A DNA stretch of 64,000 bases, taken from contig JBNRSN020000012.1 of assembly GCA_051313645.2 (NCBI GenBank), positions 143,530,001-143,594,000 of the forward strand. The letters run 5' to 3'. The notes below the pieces were generated by a model. That model had not been told where the DNA came from, searched no databases, and saw only the letters and a program-made list of their open reading frames with translations. Positions 24,226 to 35,519 of the stretch are shown piece by piece. The position numbers and the translations under genes are program-made. The DNA comes from Centroscyllium fabricii. Lineage: Eukaryota. Positions within the stretch are counted from its first letter, which is position 1. Each line of letters starts with the position of its first letter.

Positions 24226-24999
24226 TAAATAGCTGCCGTGTGCATACATGAAACAAATCCACTCGTGTATGAACGGCCACAGGTGTGATACGCAAACAAG
24301 CGCAAAATGGTTCTTCGAGCATGAATCGAACTTCCAATGAGTCGACTCATTCAGGTACATCGCATTTAAATGCATCAACAGCGGACTTGTTTTTTTTAAT
24401 CAAAGTGATCAGGCGGTCACCACCAGAAACCAGAGTGCCCGGTTCCAAACCAGGCTGGTGACCACCTTCCTGCCACTTGGTGAGTTGGACCTTTGAACAT
24501 GCTCAAACTAATCTATTTTCAAAGCTCCCTTCCCAAAAATACCCAGTGACTCGAAATTTAACTGGAGGAAATGAATCGTAGAATGAAACGGAACAAAATT
24601 CAGCTACAGGCAGGCAGTTAGGCAATTAGGATATGGGGAAAACTGTGTACAGGCCACAAAGTATCAGGTGCACAAATGGAGACAGACACAGAGCTGAGGG
24701 TGGTGGAGCGGAAGCTAAATCCCATCTACCAGCTGCTGGGTTGCTTTGTTTGTGAGGCGGTTAAGGTGCTTTTATATTACACTAGTGACTAGTGCAGCCG
24801 ATGACAACTGCACACAGTTCTCCTGCTGTCAGCTGAACTCCTAAATGTAAATGATCCAACCTGCAGGGAAACAATGGCATTGTAGCTCCACCAAACAGGT
24901 GGTCTATGAGCTTGCTATCGCACTGAGCTCCTCTTGGCGCACAAGCTAAACGTGGGCAGCTTGTTCCACGTAGCTGCACGCCTCTGCAACTGGGTCTAA

Positions 25000-25350
25000 G
25001 TTAGCTCAGTGGCAGCACTCTTGCCCCTGAATCAATTGTTGTTGGTTCAATCCCCACTTCAGAACGTGAATTTGGGGGGTGTCGGGGGATATGGGGAGGG
25101 GGTAGGAGGGGGCTGCTGGGTGTGGATGATCAGCCATGATCTCATTGAATGGCGGAGCAGGCTCGAAGGGCCGAATGGCCGACTCCTGCTCCTATCTTCT
25201 GTGTTCTGTGTTGAGCAAATGTAATAATCCAGGCCGACACTTGAGTGCAGTGAGGGAGTGCTTCATTGTCCTAGGGGCGCCTTTTGTCTAAGACGTTAAA
25301 CCGATGCCTGGTCTGCCCTCTTGGGTGGACTTAAATGATGCCATGGCACT
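25000..25350 (+). mobile_element. Deu-type SINE 5' part with an inserted HE1/CR1 type A tail (25085-25212)
   Basis: tRNA-like head at ~25000, resumes ATAATCCAGGCCGACAC at ~25223 after the inserted tail. Confidence 0.65.
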
Positions 25351-27406
25351 AAAATCAATAGAAATTAAAATTGGGCAGGGTCAAAAAGGGCGGGTGCCAA
25401 TTTCTGCCCAAGCATTGAAGGTGAAAATTACCCCAACAGTTGAAATCAAAGTAAATCACTGCTGCCTTACTCTAATGATCTTTGACCATCAGGTGCAGGG
25501 GGGGGGGGGGGGTGTGGGGGCGGGGGGCAGGTGGTAAGTCGGAGAACCTCCTGGCCAAAACAGCAATTTATAGGTCCACGATGAGTGGGACTTATGGTGG
25601 GGGCTGCTCTGGCTGCCTGCCTCTCTTGCGTGGTGTTGTCCAGGCCCAGGAGGTCCCGGAGAGGGAGCACACGGTATCCATCGGAATGCTTGAGGCCTTC
25701 TGCGAGACTGGTAAAAAGGGGCTAATCGCTAATCACAACAACATGATGATTTAATTATTTATGTACTGTTGGCTGTATTGTGCAGAGTAATTTATTGTTT
25801 ATTATAGTTGTGGTGGCCCAGAGCACTTACCTTAATATTTTATATTTCCATCTGGTGAAACTGGGGCAACCAGATACATGTCTTGTAAAAGCGCACACTT
25901 TATGAAAATCTGTTTCTTTTTTCAGGGAGGAATAAAAGTGTCAGAAGACCCATGAGCGAAGTTGTGCATTAGTGAAACGACGATGCAGATTCAAGGTGTC
26001 AAGGTATCCAGGTTTGCAAACAAGCACATAATTATTTTTCACCAGCATTTCATTTCAGGTAGACGATGTCCCTTCAGCACGACCAGCTGGGTTCAAGCAC
26101 TAAAACAAAATCTAAGTAATATTTCTGCGTTTAAAACCGAAAATCTAATTGGAATACCAAAAGCCTGAAGGAGCATCCCTGGCCCAAGATTCAGAAGATG
26201 TGGGGCGTGCGGCTGGGGGTAGTCAGGTTAAAACCGAAAGTCTCTGTCAGAAATACTTTGCTAATGGATGAGAAAGATTCTCCTATCCCTGCTCATCTGC
26301 CACCAAAACACACAGCATGGTCTCCAACAACAGTCCAAAGCTTTCAACCAGGAAAAAAATCAATCAATCATTATCGGCAAGTGCTGCACGAAAAGCCTTA
26401 TATTTGGACAATGCTGGAAGGCTGCCAAATCAATACTGCTCCTGGTAAATACAGTACATCGTAACAGTCAACAAGGGGATATGATGGGATTACACATAAA
26501 ATGCAACAAGCCTGAAAACAGTAAGTAAGGACTACAAAATCTCAGGCTGGTTGGGTCACTCTGGCAACCTTTGCAGCACAGGGTGGAAAAAAGGAACAAA
26601 GTGCACCAGTGGTACAAAAGTGTGGAGATTCTATTAAATTTTGCAGAACGTTCTGTTGGAATAGAGGTGGCAGAGTACAGAACAACGATGCATGAGCTTA
26701 CTGCTCTAATTTCCTCACTTGATGAGTTCCTGATCTCGGCTCTTCTGTCAAGGTGAGGCATTAAGCTGGGTAGAAGAGGAACTGAAGTTCTTCTTTAAAA
26801 GGATATCAGAACAATGCTGACTTTCTATCATCTTGGTGTAAGGGTTGCACTAATGTTCTCATTGGGATGGCAGCAAGGGGTTGGGGTGAGAGAAAGCAGG
26901 AAATAAAGCAACATGGAGAGAGGGAGAGGATGCTATCCAAACTTTCAATTTGGGGCACACTTTTCCTCAAATGCGTTTCTGAATGCTGACTCCCTCTGAA
27001 TTGAGCCGATCCATTAGGAAAACACTGTAGACTGCAGTTGGACATCACAACATGAACTGAGTCCTCACAGGGACCTGGAGATATGTTTTTAACCCATCCT
27101 CTTCCCCAGCCCACAAAGGAAAACCAAAAAAACACCATGCAACAGCTCATGCAAAAACGACAATTTGAAGGTCCTTTGGTATCAGAGGTGTGCATCCAAC
27201 AGCAGACATATGATGCTCCCACCATCAACTGCATTGTAAATATAAAGAACCCAACCTGGAGAGATCTAAAGGCATCGTAGACCCATTACAAGCAGCGGTC
27301 AAGATTAAGAAGCTCCTGTTGCTGGGAGCCGTTCCCACACACCTTCTGAATTATGCATTGGAAGCCAGCTGGTCTATGGAGACCAGTGCCCAACAAATAT
27401 AATGAA

Positions 27407-27719
27407 GGCACGGTGGCATAGTGGTTAGCACTGTTGCCTCACAGCTCTGGGGGCCCGGGTTCAAATCCGGCCTCCGGTACTATCTGTGTGGAGTTTGCAC
27501 ATTCTCCCCGTGTCTGCGTCGGTTTCCTCCGGGTGCTCCGGTTTCCTCCCACAGTCCAAAGATGTGCGGGTTAGGTTGATTGGCCATGATAAATTGACGC
27601 TTAGTATTAGGGGGATTAAATGTGTGGGGTTGCGGGGATAGGGTGGGATATGTGTCGGTGCAGGCTCGATGGGCCGAAATGGCCTCTATCTGCACTGTAG
27701 GGATTCTATGATTCTATGA
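27407..27719 (+). mobile_element. HE1 SINE, tail type B
   Basis: HE1 head and core, then GCTCGATGGGCCGAAATGGCCTCTATCTGCACTGTAGGGATTCTATGATTCTATG; ATGAAGGCA repeated at both junctions. Confidence 0.9.
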
Positions 27720-29146
27720 AGGCAGATCAGATCACAGAGCTTGCTGTCGCAAGATTAGAACAAATGGGAAGGTAGAAGATTAGTCAGACTCTGGAGCTGG
27801 TGACGGAGAGGTTTTGCTGGATTTCAACAAATGCAATTTTGAGGAACAAAAATTTAAGCACAATGCCCAAACAATGGAGGTGTCAATACAGAGTTCCAGA
27901 GATGTGATCCCAAAGCTTTGAAATCACTCACACTGGATCTCGGATCTTAGCTGATTAGTCTCTTCTCAGCCAGTTGAGTCGCTGTTTCTGGCCTCAATTT
28001 TCTTGGGCTAGAGAAACATAACCAACCAGGATTCTTGCTCAGGAAGGCTGTCTACTAACCTCAGTCATCTGAAGAACCACCTTGATGGAAAACAGTGCTT
28101 GCAAACCAAGCAAAAGAACCCGTGAAACAGGTGAGATGATGATGTAAATCAAAAGGTACACTTGCTGACGATGATCATTTCTAGTTTTTTCCTCTCCTGC
28201 CCCAAGTAAAGTCTCCTTCTGAAGACACTGTGCCTCTTTAAAAATTACTGTAGGTCATTTCAAGTGTCCATTTCAGTCGATGACAGGGGTTAAAATGTGA
28301 TTTCAATAAATACAACCTTGAAGTAGTTCTTGCGAAAGACAGGAGTATAATTCACTCGCAACCTGGCAACAATAGAACACAAAATTATTGAAAAAGACAA
28401 GAAAATACCAATGAGAAGTAGGGGTATGATACACCTGCATACATTTTGAAAAAACATGAAGCCTGATTATAGAATTTTTCTTGACTCGCTGAGAGTACTT
28501 TCATTACATGAGAGGAGATTAAGGAGTGATTTGTTGGAAGTGTTTCAAATTATGAAGGGATACGACAGAGTAGATAGAAACAGACTGTTTTCAGTAATTT
28601 AGCGGTCTAGAATGAGGGGACATAGATATGAGATTAAATCTAAGAGATTTAGGACAGAAAGGAGAATTTGTGGTGGGCAGTGAGGTGGTGGAGTGCACTG
28701 CTGAAGTTAATGACTGAAGTAGAGACAGTGGGGTAAATTTTCCCTGAGGTGTGGGGAATTGGCGGGTTTCTGGCGCAAATCTTTAAGGGCCTGTGAGCCC
28801 CATGCAATTTTGGCTCAATTGGCCAATTGATTTCCAGTGTGTGGGAACTCTTGGCAATTGACTATTTCCAGTCAGAATGTCGCACAATATGATGTCATCG
28901 TTGCTGGTGCATTTCAGGTTCACAGCAAGCCTTGCTTCTGCTGCGGATTGCCAATCTTGTGCCCTTTCATGCCAGAGGGACCTGGAGGCAGAATGACCAT
29001 TGAGAAACCTAGGTCTGCTTCCAGATTTGATGATGTGGCCCTGCAAGCTTCATTTGAGGGAGCAAGAGCTCATAAAGAGGTGCTCTTCCCTTCTTCAGGG
29101 AGGAAGAAATCTCCCCAGCAGGCTGTGTGTATCCAGGTGGCAGATG

Positions 29147-30881
29147 AGTGGAAGAAGTGTCAGTAGCAGAGCACTTTGGGGACAGTGACCATAATTTGGT
29201 AATATTTAAGGTAGTAATGGAAAGGACAATGATGGACCAGAAATAAAGGTTCTAAATTGGGGCATGGCCGATTTTAATATGATAAGGCAGGAGCTGGCCC
29301 AAGTGGATAAGTCTCCAGGCCCTGACGAGATGTATCCCAGGCTGCTGAGTGAGGCTAAGGAAGAGATTGCAGGGGCTCTGACACAAATTTTCAGAACCTC
29401 TCTGGCCACAGGGGATGTGCCGGAGGACTGGAGAAAGTCCAATCTAGTGCCATTATTCAATAAAGGTAGTAACGATAAACCAGGGAATTACAGGTCGGTG
29501 AGCCTGACATCAGTGGTGGGGAAATTACTAGAAAAAATCCTGAGGGACAGAATTAGTCTCCACTTGGAGAGGCAAGGATTAATTAAGGATAGTCAGCATG
29601 GCTTTGTCATGGAAAGATCATGTCTGACTAATTTGATTGCATTTTTTGAAGGGGTGACCAGGTGTGTGGATGAGGGTAGTGCAGTGGATGTGGTATACAT
29701 GGATTTTAGTAAGGCTTTTGATAAGGTCCCGCATAGGAGACTGGTCAAGAAGGTAAGAGCCCATGGGATCCAAAGCACCTTGGCACAGTGGATCCAAAAC
29801 TGGCTTAGTGACAGGAGGCAGAGGGTGATGGTCGAAGGCTGTTTTTGTGACTGGAAGCCTGTGTCCAGTGGGGTACCGCAGGGATCGGTGTTGGGTCCCT
29901 TGCTGTTTGTAGTCTATGTTAATGATTTAGATATTAATGTAAAAGGCATGATCAGTAAGTTTGCAGATGACACAAAAGTTGGGGGGTTGGTAAATACTGA
30001 GGAGGAAATCCGCAACATGCAGGACGATATAGATGAGTTGGTCAGATGGGCGGAACATTGGCAAATGGAATTTAATCCTGAAAAGTGTGAGGTGATGCAT
30101 TTCGGTAGGTCTAACATGGCAAGGGAATACACCATGAATGGTAGGATGCTAGGGAAGACAGAGGATCAGAGGGACCTTGGTGTGCAGGTACATAGGTCCA
30201 TGAAGGCAGCAGGACAGGTGGATAAGGTGGTTAAAAAGGCATATGGGATACTTGCCTTCATTAGCCGAGGCATAGAATATAAGAGCAGGGAGGTTATGAT
30301 GGAGCTGTACAAAACACTGGTGAGGCCACAGCTGGAGTACTGTGTGCAGTTCTGGTTGCCACACTATAGGAAGGATGTAATAGCTTTGGAGAGGGTGCAG
30401 AAGAGATTCACCAGGATGCTGCCTGGGCTGGGGAGCTTCAGCTATGAAGAGAGACTGGAGAGGCTGGGGTTGTTTTCCTTGGAGCAGAGGAGGCTGAGGG
30501 GGAACCTGATTGAGGTGTACAAAATTATGAGGGGAATAGATAGGGTGGATGGAGTGGAACTTTTTCCCTTGGTTGAGGGGTCAATAACTAGGGAGCATAA
30601 TTTCAGGGTAAGGGGCAGGAGGTATCGTGGGGATGTGAGGAAGAACTTTTTCACCCAGTGGGTGGTTGGAGTCTGGAACTCACTGCCTGAGAGGGTGGTA
30701 GAGGTGGGAACCCTCACAACATTCAAAAAGCATTTGGATGAGCGCTTGAAATGCCACAGCATACAAGGCTACGGACCAAATGCGGGAAAATGGGACTAGT
30801 ATAGACTGGGATTGATGGGCGGCACGGACACGATGGGCCAAAGGGCCTCTTTCTATGCTGTATTACTCTATGACTCTATGA
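29147..30881 (+). mobile_element. CR1 (HER1-like) LINE, 5'-truncated, type B tail
   Basis: Contains the 511-aa RT ORF; ends GGGCCAAAGGGCCTCTTTCTATGCTGTATTACTCTATGACTCTATG. Confidence 0.95.
29264..30799 (+). CDS. CR1 ORF2 reverse transcriptase plus C-terminus (partial, no endonuclease)
   Basis: KSPGPD, NYRSVSLTSVVGK, DFSKAFDKV, GVPQGSVLGP, SKFADDTK with no stops or frameshifts. Confidence 0.9.
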   Translation: MADFNMIRQELAQVDKSPGPDEMYPRLLSEAKEEIAGALTQIFRTSLATGDVPEDWRKSNLVPLFNKGSNDKPGNYRSVSLTSVVGKLLEKILRDRISLHLERQGLIKDSQHGFVMERSCLTNLIAFFEGVTRCVDEGSAVDVVYMDFSKAFDKVPHRRLVKKVRAHGIQSTLAQWIQNWLSDRRQRVMVEGCFCDWKPVSSGVPQGSVLGPLLFVVYVNDLDINVKGMISKFADDTKVGGLVNTEEEIRNMQDDIDELVRWAEHWQMEFNPEKCEVMHFGRSNMAREYTMNGRMLGKTEDQRDLGVQVHRSMKAAGQVDKVVKKAYGILAFISRGIEYKSREVMMELYKTLVRPQLEYCVQFWLPHYRKDVIALERVQKRFTRMLPGLGSFSYEERLERLGLFSLEQRRLRGNLIEVYKIMRGIDRVDGVELFPLVEGSITREHNFRVRGRRYRGDVRKNFFTQWVVGVWNSLPERVVEVGTLTTFKKHLDERLKCHSIQGYGPNAGKWD

Positions 30882-33846
30882 AGGCAACTCATTATCAGTA
30901 CCCCGCAGAACCTGCATTCAGTGCAGGAAGAGATTTCATGACGTTCTGCACACTGGAAAAGTGAGGATGGAACTCCCATTACCCTCAATCTGATCCCCAA
31001 TGGCTTTCTTCACCAGCACTCAGCTTCAGCAATCTCTTCCTCCACAACCCACTTGACACTCACATCCATGCACCCTTACCCATTCCCTCTCTCTCTATGC
31101 TCACATTCACATAACTATTCCACCATGCAGCCCTCACACTCCTTATCACTCTGATGCTTTGAATACAACTGACAACACATATGGAATGCCCTTGGTCTTG
31201 CCACCTCACTCCATCTTTGTCTCCTTCTCAGTATCCAGACAGGTACAGCAGTGGAGAGTCCTAGTCAGATGGCACAGAACTCTGCCAGCTTGGCTCAGCT
31301 GCATGTCGACCCTCTGCCTCTGGGTCCATCCATAAGATGGGCAGTGCTGGAACTCCAGGAACAGATGCAGGAGTGGGTTGGTGAGCAGCAGCCTGGCGCC
31401 GCTGCTGCTGCTGCTGTTGTTGTTCCTGGTACTGCTGATGCCGCGGCTGGTGTGGGAGCTCATCTAATGCTCAGAAAAGCAAACCTAAATAGCTTCCATG
31501 CTTCTGGCATGTGCCTCCACTGAGGAAGCACTGAGTGAAGGTGCCAAGAGGGGTTTCCCAGGAGTTCACACTGGAGATGTGTGTGAGGCTCCAACCTACC
31601 ACAAGTGTGATTAGGACTTCTAAATGTTGCCCCAAACCAGAAAAAATAAGGTCTTGCCACCTGCATATGATGGCAGGTTCAATGTCAGACCTTATGATGG
31701 AGCTGCTGCTGAGAGTCAGCAATTCGATTGTGTTCCCACTAGGTTTCAGCGGCGGGGTTTGCAGCTGGCGGCATTTGTGTGGGGAACATCTAAAAATCAC
31801 TAAGGGCCCTTAAAATGGCATTACAGATGGCAATTTATGAGCCTAACGAACATCCCCGCCGGCGGGAAAGATTCGGGGCGGGGCGACACGGCAGCGGGAA
31901 ATCGCAAAGCGGTGGGGATCCGTCGGGGTGGTTGGGGGGGGGGATGATCGGGACCCCCGGTTTAGCAATTTTACGGCCCGGCCCGCCCCGTCGAAAAGCC
32001 CGCCTCAAGGCTCAATGAAAATTTACCCCTATGTCAACATTTAATAGATTCGACAGGTGGTTAAAGGAAAGGGGAATAAAGGAATATGGGAATAGGGCAG
32101 GTATATGTAATCAGGACTAGTGCTGGAGTGAAGGATAAACCTGACGGGGACTGGTTGGGTCGAACGGCTTGTTTTCTTGTAGGAATTCTATAATTATGAC
32201 CATGATATAACATGGTTAACATGGACCAGTCAGATGATCAGCACAGGCCATTCTCCTTGCTGCTCCAACACCAGTCTCCAACTGCCCACAGTCCTTTTAA
32301 CCTCTCTCCCAGCCTCAAACTATAACAACTTCACCAGTTCCTCCCTGTCCCAGCAAAACCGTGGCACCCAATCCGATCTCCTGCCCACTGCATTTCAGCT
32401 AATCTCTCAACCGCCAGCATTCCCGTTTCTCTGCCTTCCCAAGCTCAATTTTCACCCAGGCCTTGGCCCCGCTCCTTGCCCTCCCAAATCCTCTTCTGGC
32501 TGCACAGCTACGAGCCACGACAGGCCCAGTAGCGAGGCCTGAGCCTCGGAAAAGCCGAGATTCAACAGCAGGTCCTGGACCTGGGTGAGAAACAACTAAC
32601 AGTTTTGTGTTGAAAGTTTTGTTACCACTGGTAACAAAACTAACATTACATGACATTGAAAAACACCTTATTCTGAAAAGATGCTTATTTTCCTTTACAA
32701 AAACACCATTAAATGGCACAGATTTAAAAAAATGAATATATAACAATGGAACTTTCCAGTACATAGTAAGTATAATTATTTATGACAAAACATCATCAGG
32801 CAATCTACTTTTTAAATGTAGTGAGAGTGGCAGTTATGCAGATGATAGAGACAGACACAATAACTGTGACATAGAGACTGACAAAAAGATTTGGAGAATC
32901 ACGGTGACAAAGGAAAGCGTGCAAGGCAGTGATACAGAAAAGGCAGAAGCCACACGGTACAAGAGAGAAGAGGACGGGAAGAGTTAGAGTGAGAGACAAG
33001 CAGAGAGTTACAGGAAGAGTTCAGTTCTCGGACTCCTTTATTGAAAAAAAATTCCCCATTGGCAACTGAAGCAGAATCTGATTGCCCTGCCGATGACCCT
33101 AGTTGTAATTTTCCCACTGCAACATGACTGTTAATTCACACCAGCCAATAGTTATGAATTTTTAAAGATAGAACCACTCTGCTTCAGTTAACTTAATGTT
33201 TTCAGCGCCTGGTCCATCATGGGTGAGAAACAACACAGCTGATGACCACCATGCTAGATTTAGGCTGCTGGGCCAAGAAACCCAAGTAAATAACTCTCTC
33301 TCTAACACAAAACACTACATTCTGTCGATTTAAAGAGACGCAAACCTCTTCGCTGACATGAATGAAAATCAATTCTATTCAATTCCAAATAGCCTTCAAT
33401 GCATTATTTTCCTTTTATCCCCCTGCTCTTTTATTTTCTCCCCTCGAAGGTCACGATTCCCTTGCAGGGGCGGGCTTCCATGGGCTCCAATCGCCATCGG
33501 TCACCTTGCCCGCGTGGCTGTTAGTCACAAGTGAGCCTTGGCAGCCAGTGTTGGTGTGTTATTTGGCCATGGGGGCATCACAGCTGACCCATCATCCTGT
33601 CTGCGCCTTGCCCCGCATCCGTGCAGGCGCACTTAAGAGCAGCAGTGCCTGGATGCCAATCAGGAGCAAAAAAAAACCAGCCAATCTCCATTGTTATCCT
33701 GGCTCAGGTCACCTGACGGGATTTTCTCGCTACAGGCAGGGTCTTGGGAGAGCCGCTCTCCTGAATTCACGTTATATCATGCCAACCACCTCCCTACAAA
33801 CCGGTGACATGGAGAAGTGCTAGTCATCACACTTTGCAGTGATATT

Positions 33847-34362
33847 GGCCCACAATTTGCTGGTAAAATAACAGCAAGTTCAGGGCGCCTGCCATTATTT
33901 TTGTGTAAAAAACCCAGTAACTTCTGGTGAGGGAGAGTTACGCTGTGAGTTGCAAATCATCACATATTGCTGGACAATGTGCGCTGCTCCGCCATTGGCC
34001 TCGCAAAAACAGCAACTCACCCTCAACCTCTCCATAAACTACAAGAAATTTGCATCATAAATATGAATTAAATTTGCCGCAGAAAGTTAGGGTTGGTATT
34101 TAACATAAACACCCTGTTAATGGGGTGATTTATGTTCCTGCAATGGCAATTTCTTTCTTTTTTTTTCCTTTCTTTCTCTTAATCCAATCTTTCTTTCCCT
34201 CTCTTTATTTCTCGTTCTGTATGTAATTTGACTCTAATTCACCCCACTTCCTTCTCCGTCATTCACTCGGTTTCTTTCTCTATCCTTAAGTTTCATATGT
34301 TAAGGAGATGGACTATTGGTCCAGTCGTTTATCAATTCGCACTTCCAGCAATTTTGCAGCCC
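33847..34362. mobile_element. MITE-like TIR element
   Basis: GGCCCACAATTTGCTGG / CCAGCAATTTTGCAGCCC inverted termini. Confidence 0.55.
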
Positions 34363-34633
34363 TAAAATAATTGGTGCTGAAGAGTGTATCACCGCCAAGA
34401 TGCGTTGTTGCCCAGTGCAGCCGGCAAAAATGCAGCAAACATCGCGCGGGTTTGCAAACCCAGCAGGGGTATGTTGATCTGGCCGTGGGGTGACCCGCAC
34501 TGAGAGAGCCAGCAGCCAAAAGGACGATATGAAAGCGTCTCAAACCCTAAAGAGGCTGGGCTCCAAGCTCACAAAGACTTGGGCGGTATAAATCAGCGCA
34601 AAAAACGTTGAATCAGCGGGATAGCCAATCCAT

Positions 34634-35519
34634 GGGGGAATTTTTAAAAAGCTGTGGGAAGCTGGCGGGTTTTGGGCGGGTCAGTTTTCTGTCCTGCCCG
34701 CCCAAGGACCTGGGAGGCCTGAGCGAATTTGGCTCAAGTGGCCAATTAAATCCCCGCCGATCTGTCGGGCTTCCGATACACACTAATGGGCGGGAACATA
34801 GCCCTTTACATTCACAGTTTGAGTTGGGCGGGCTGTTGATTGACAGGCCTGAGTAGTAAGAACTCACTGAGCTTGATTGACAGATCTGAAGTGTTGCCTT
34901 TGTTTCTATGTTTACATAGTCTCTGTGCGTCAGACTATGAAAGGAACACTTGAAACCACAAAACAAACAGTTGAAGTGAGTCACTGTTTGTTTGTGGTTT
35001 CAATGGAATGTAAACAGAAACTGGTCCCCTGGGTGATTGATAGCTGGGCTCACAGACATCTCTGTTGAATATGAGCGATTTGAAGATGAATGATTTCAAT
35101 CTTTTGGGGCTCTGAAGTTTCTCACCCTTGTGTGGCAGCTGCAACCCCAGCATGGTGGAGGCTAGCAAGCTGCTGTGTGAGTGCTGTGCCCATGCCTTGA
35201 AGGTGGTAGACACCCAGCCGCCTGGGTTCCCACCACCTTTTTCACGGTGGTGTTTTCACCAGGCGGGTTTTGGGTGGGAAGAGAGTTAAAATAGCTGAGG
35301 GCCCTTAAAATAGGATTAGCCATCCAATTAAGGGCCCTCAACAACCTCAATCTTTATCCCCACCGGCGGCGGGCAGGAAACATGCGGGGCGGCAAAACCC
35401 GCCCGACGAAAATCCCAAATGGGCGGAGATCCGGCGGGGTGCCTTCCCGCCCGACGGATTGGAAATTTAGTAACTGACCCGCCAGAAACCCGCACTCAGG
35501 GACCTCCTAAAATCCCACC
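34634..35519. mobile_element. Non-autonomous Harbinger-type TIR element (same broad family as 2390-3192)
   Basis: GGGGGAATTTTT / AAAATCCCACC termini; possible TSD CAT; shared GGGCCCTTAAAAT..AATTAAGGGCCC block. Confidence 0.6.

Larger units (their letters stand above)
28730..32029 (+). mobile_element. PIF/Harbinger-derived element with decayed Myb/SANT (NAIF1/MSANTD-like) gene
   Basis: Perfect 13-bp TIR GGGGTAAATTTTC / GAAAATTTACCCC; peptides SRFDDVALQASFEGARAHKEVLFPSSGRKK..QVADE (~29015-29147) and RRTCIQCRKRFHDVLHTGK followed by GTGAGG (~30904-30960). Confidence 0.75.
28480..32190 (+). mobile_element. Old CR1 3' fragment (28480-28729 joined to 32030-32190) split by the TIR element
   Basis: GAGGAGATTAAGGAGTGATTTG..GAAGTAGAGACAGT resumes as TATGTCAACATTTAATAGATTCGACAGG..GGAATATGGG. 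Confidence 0.65.
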
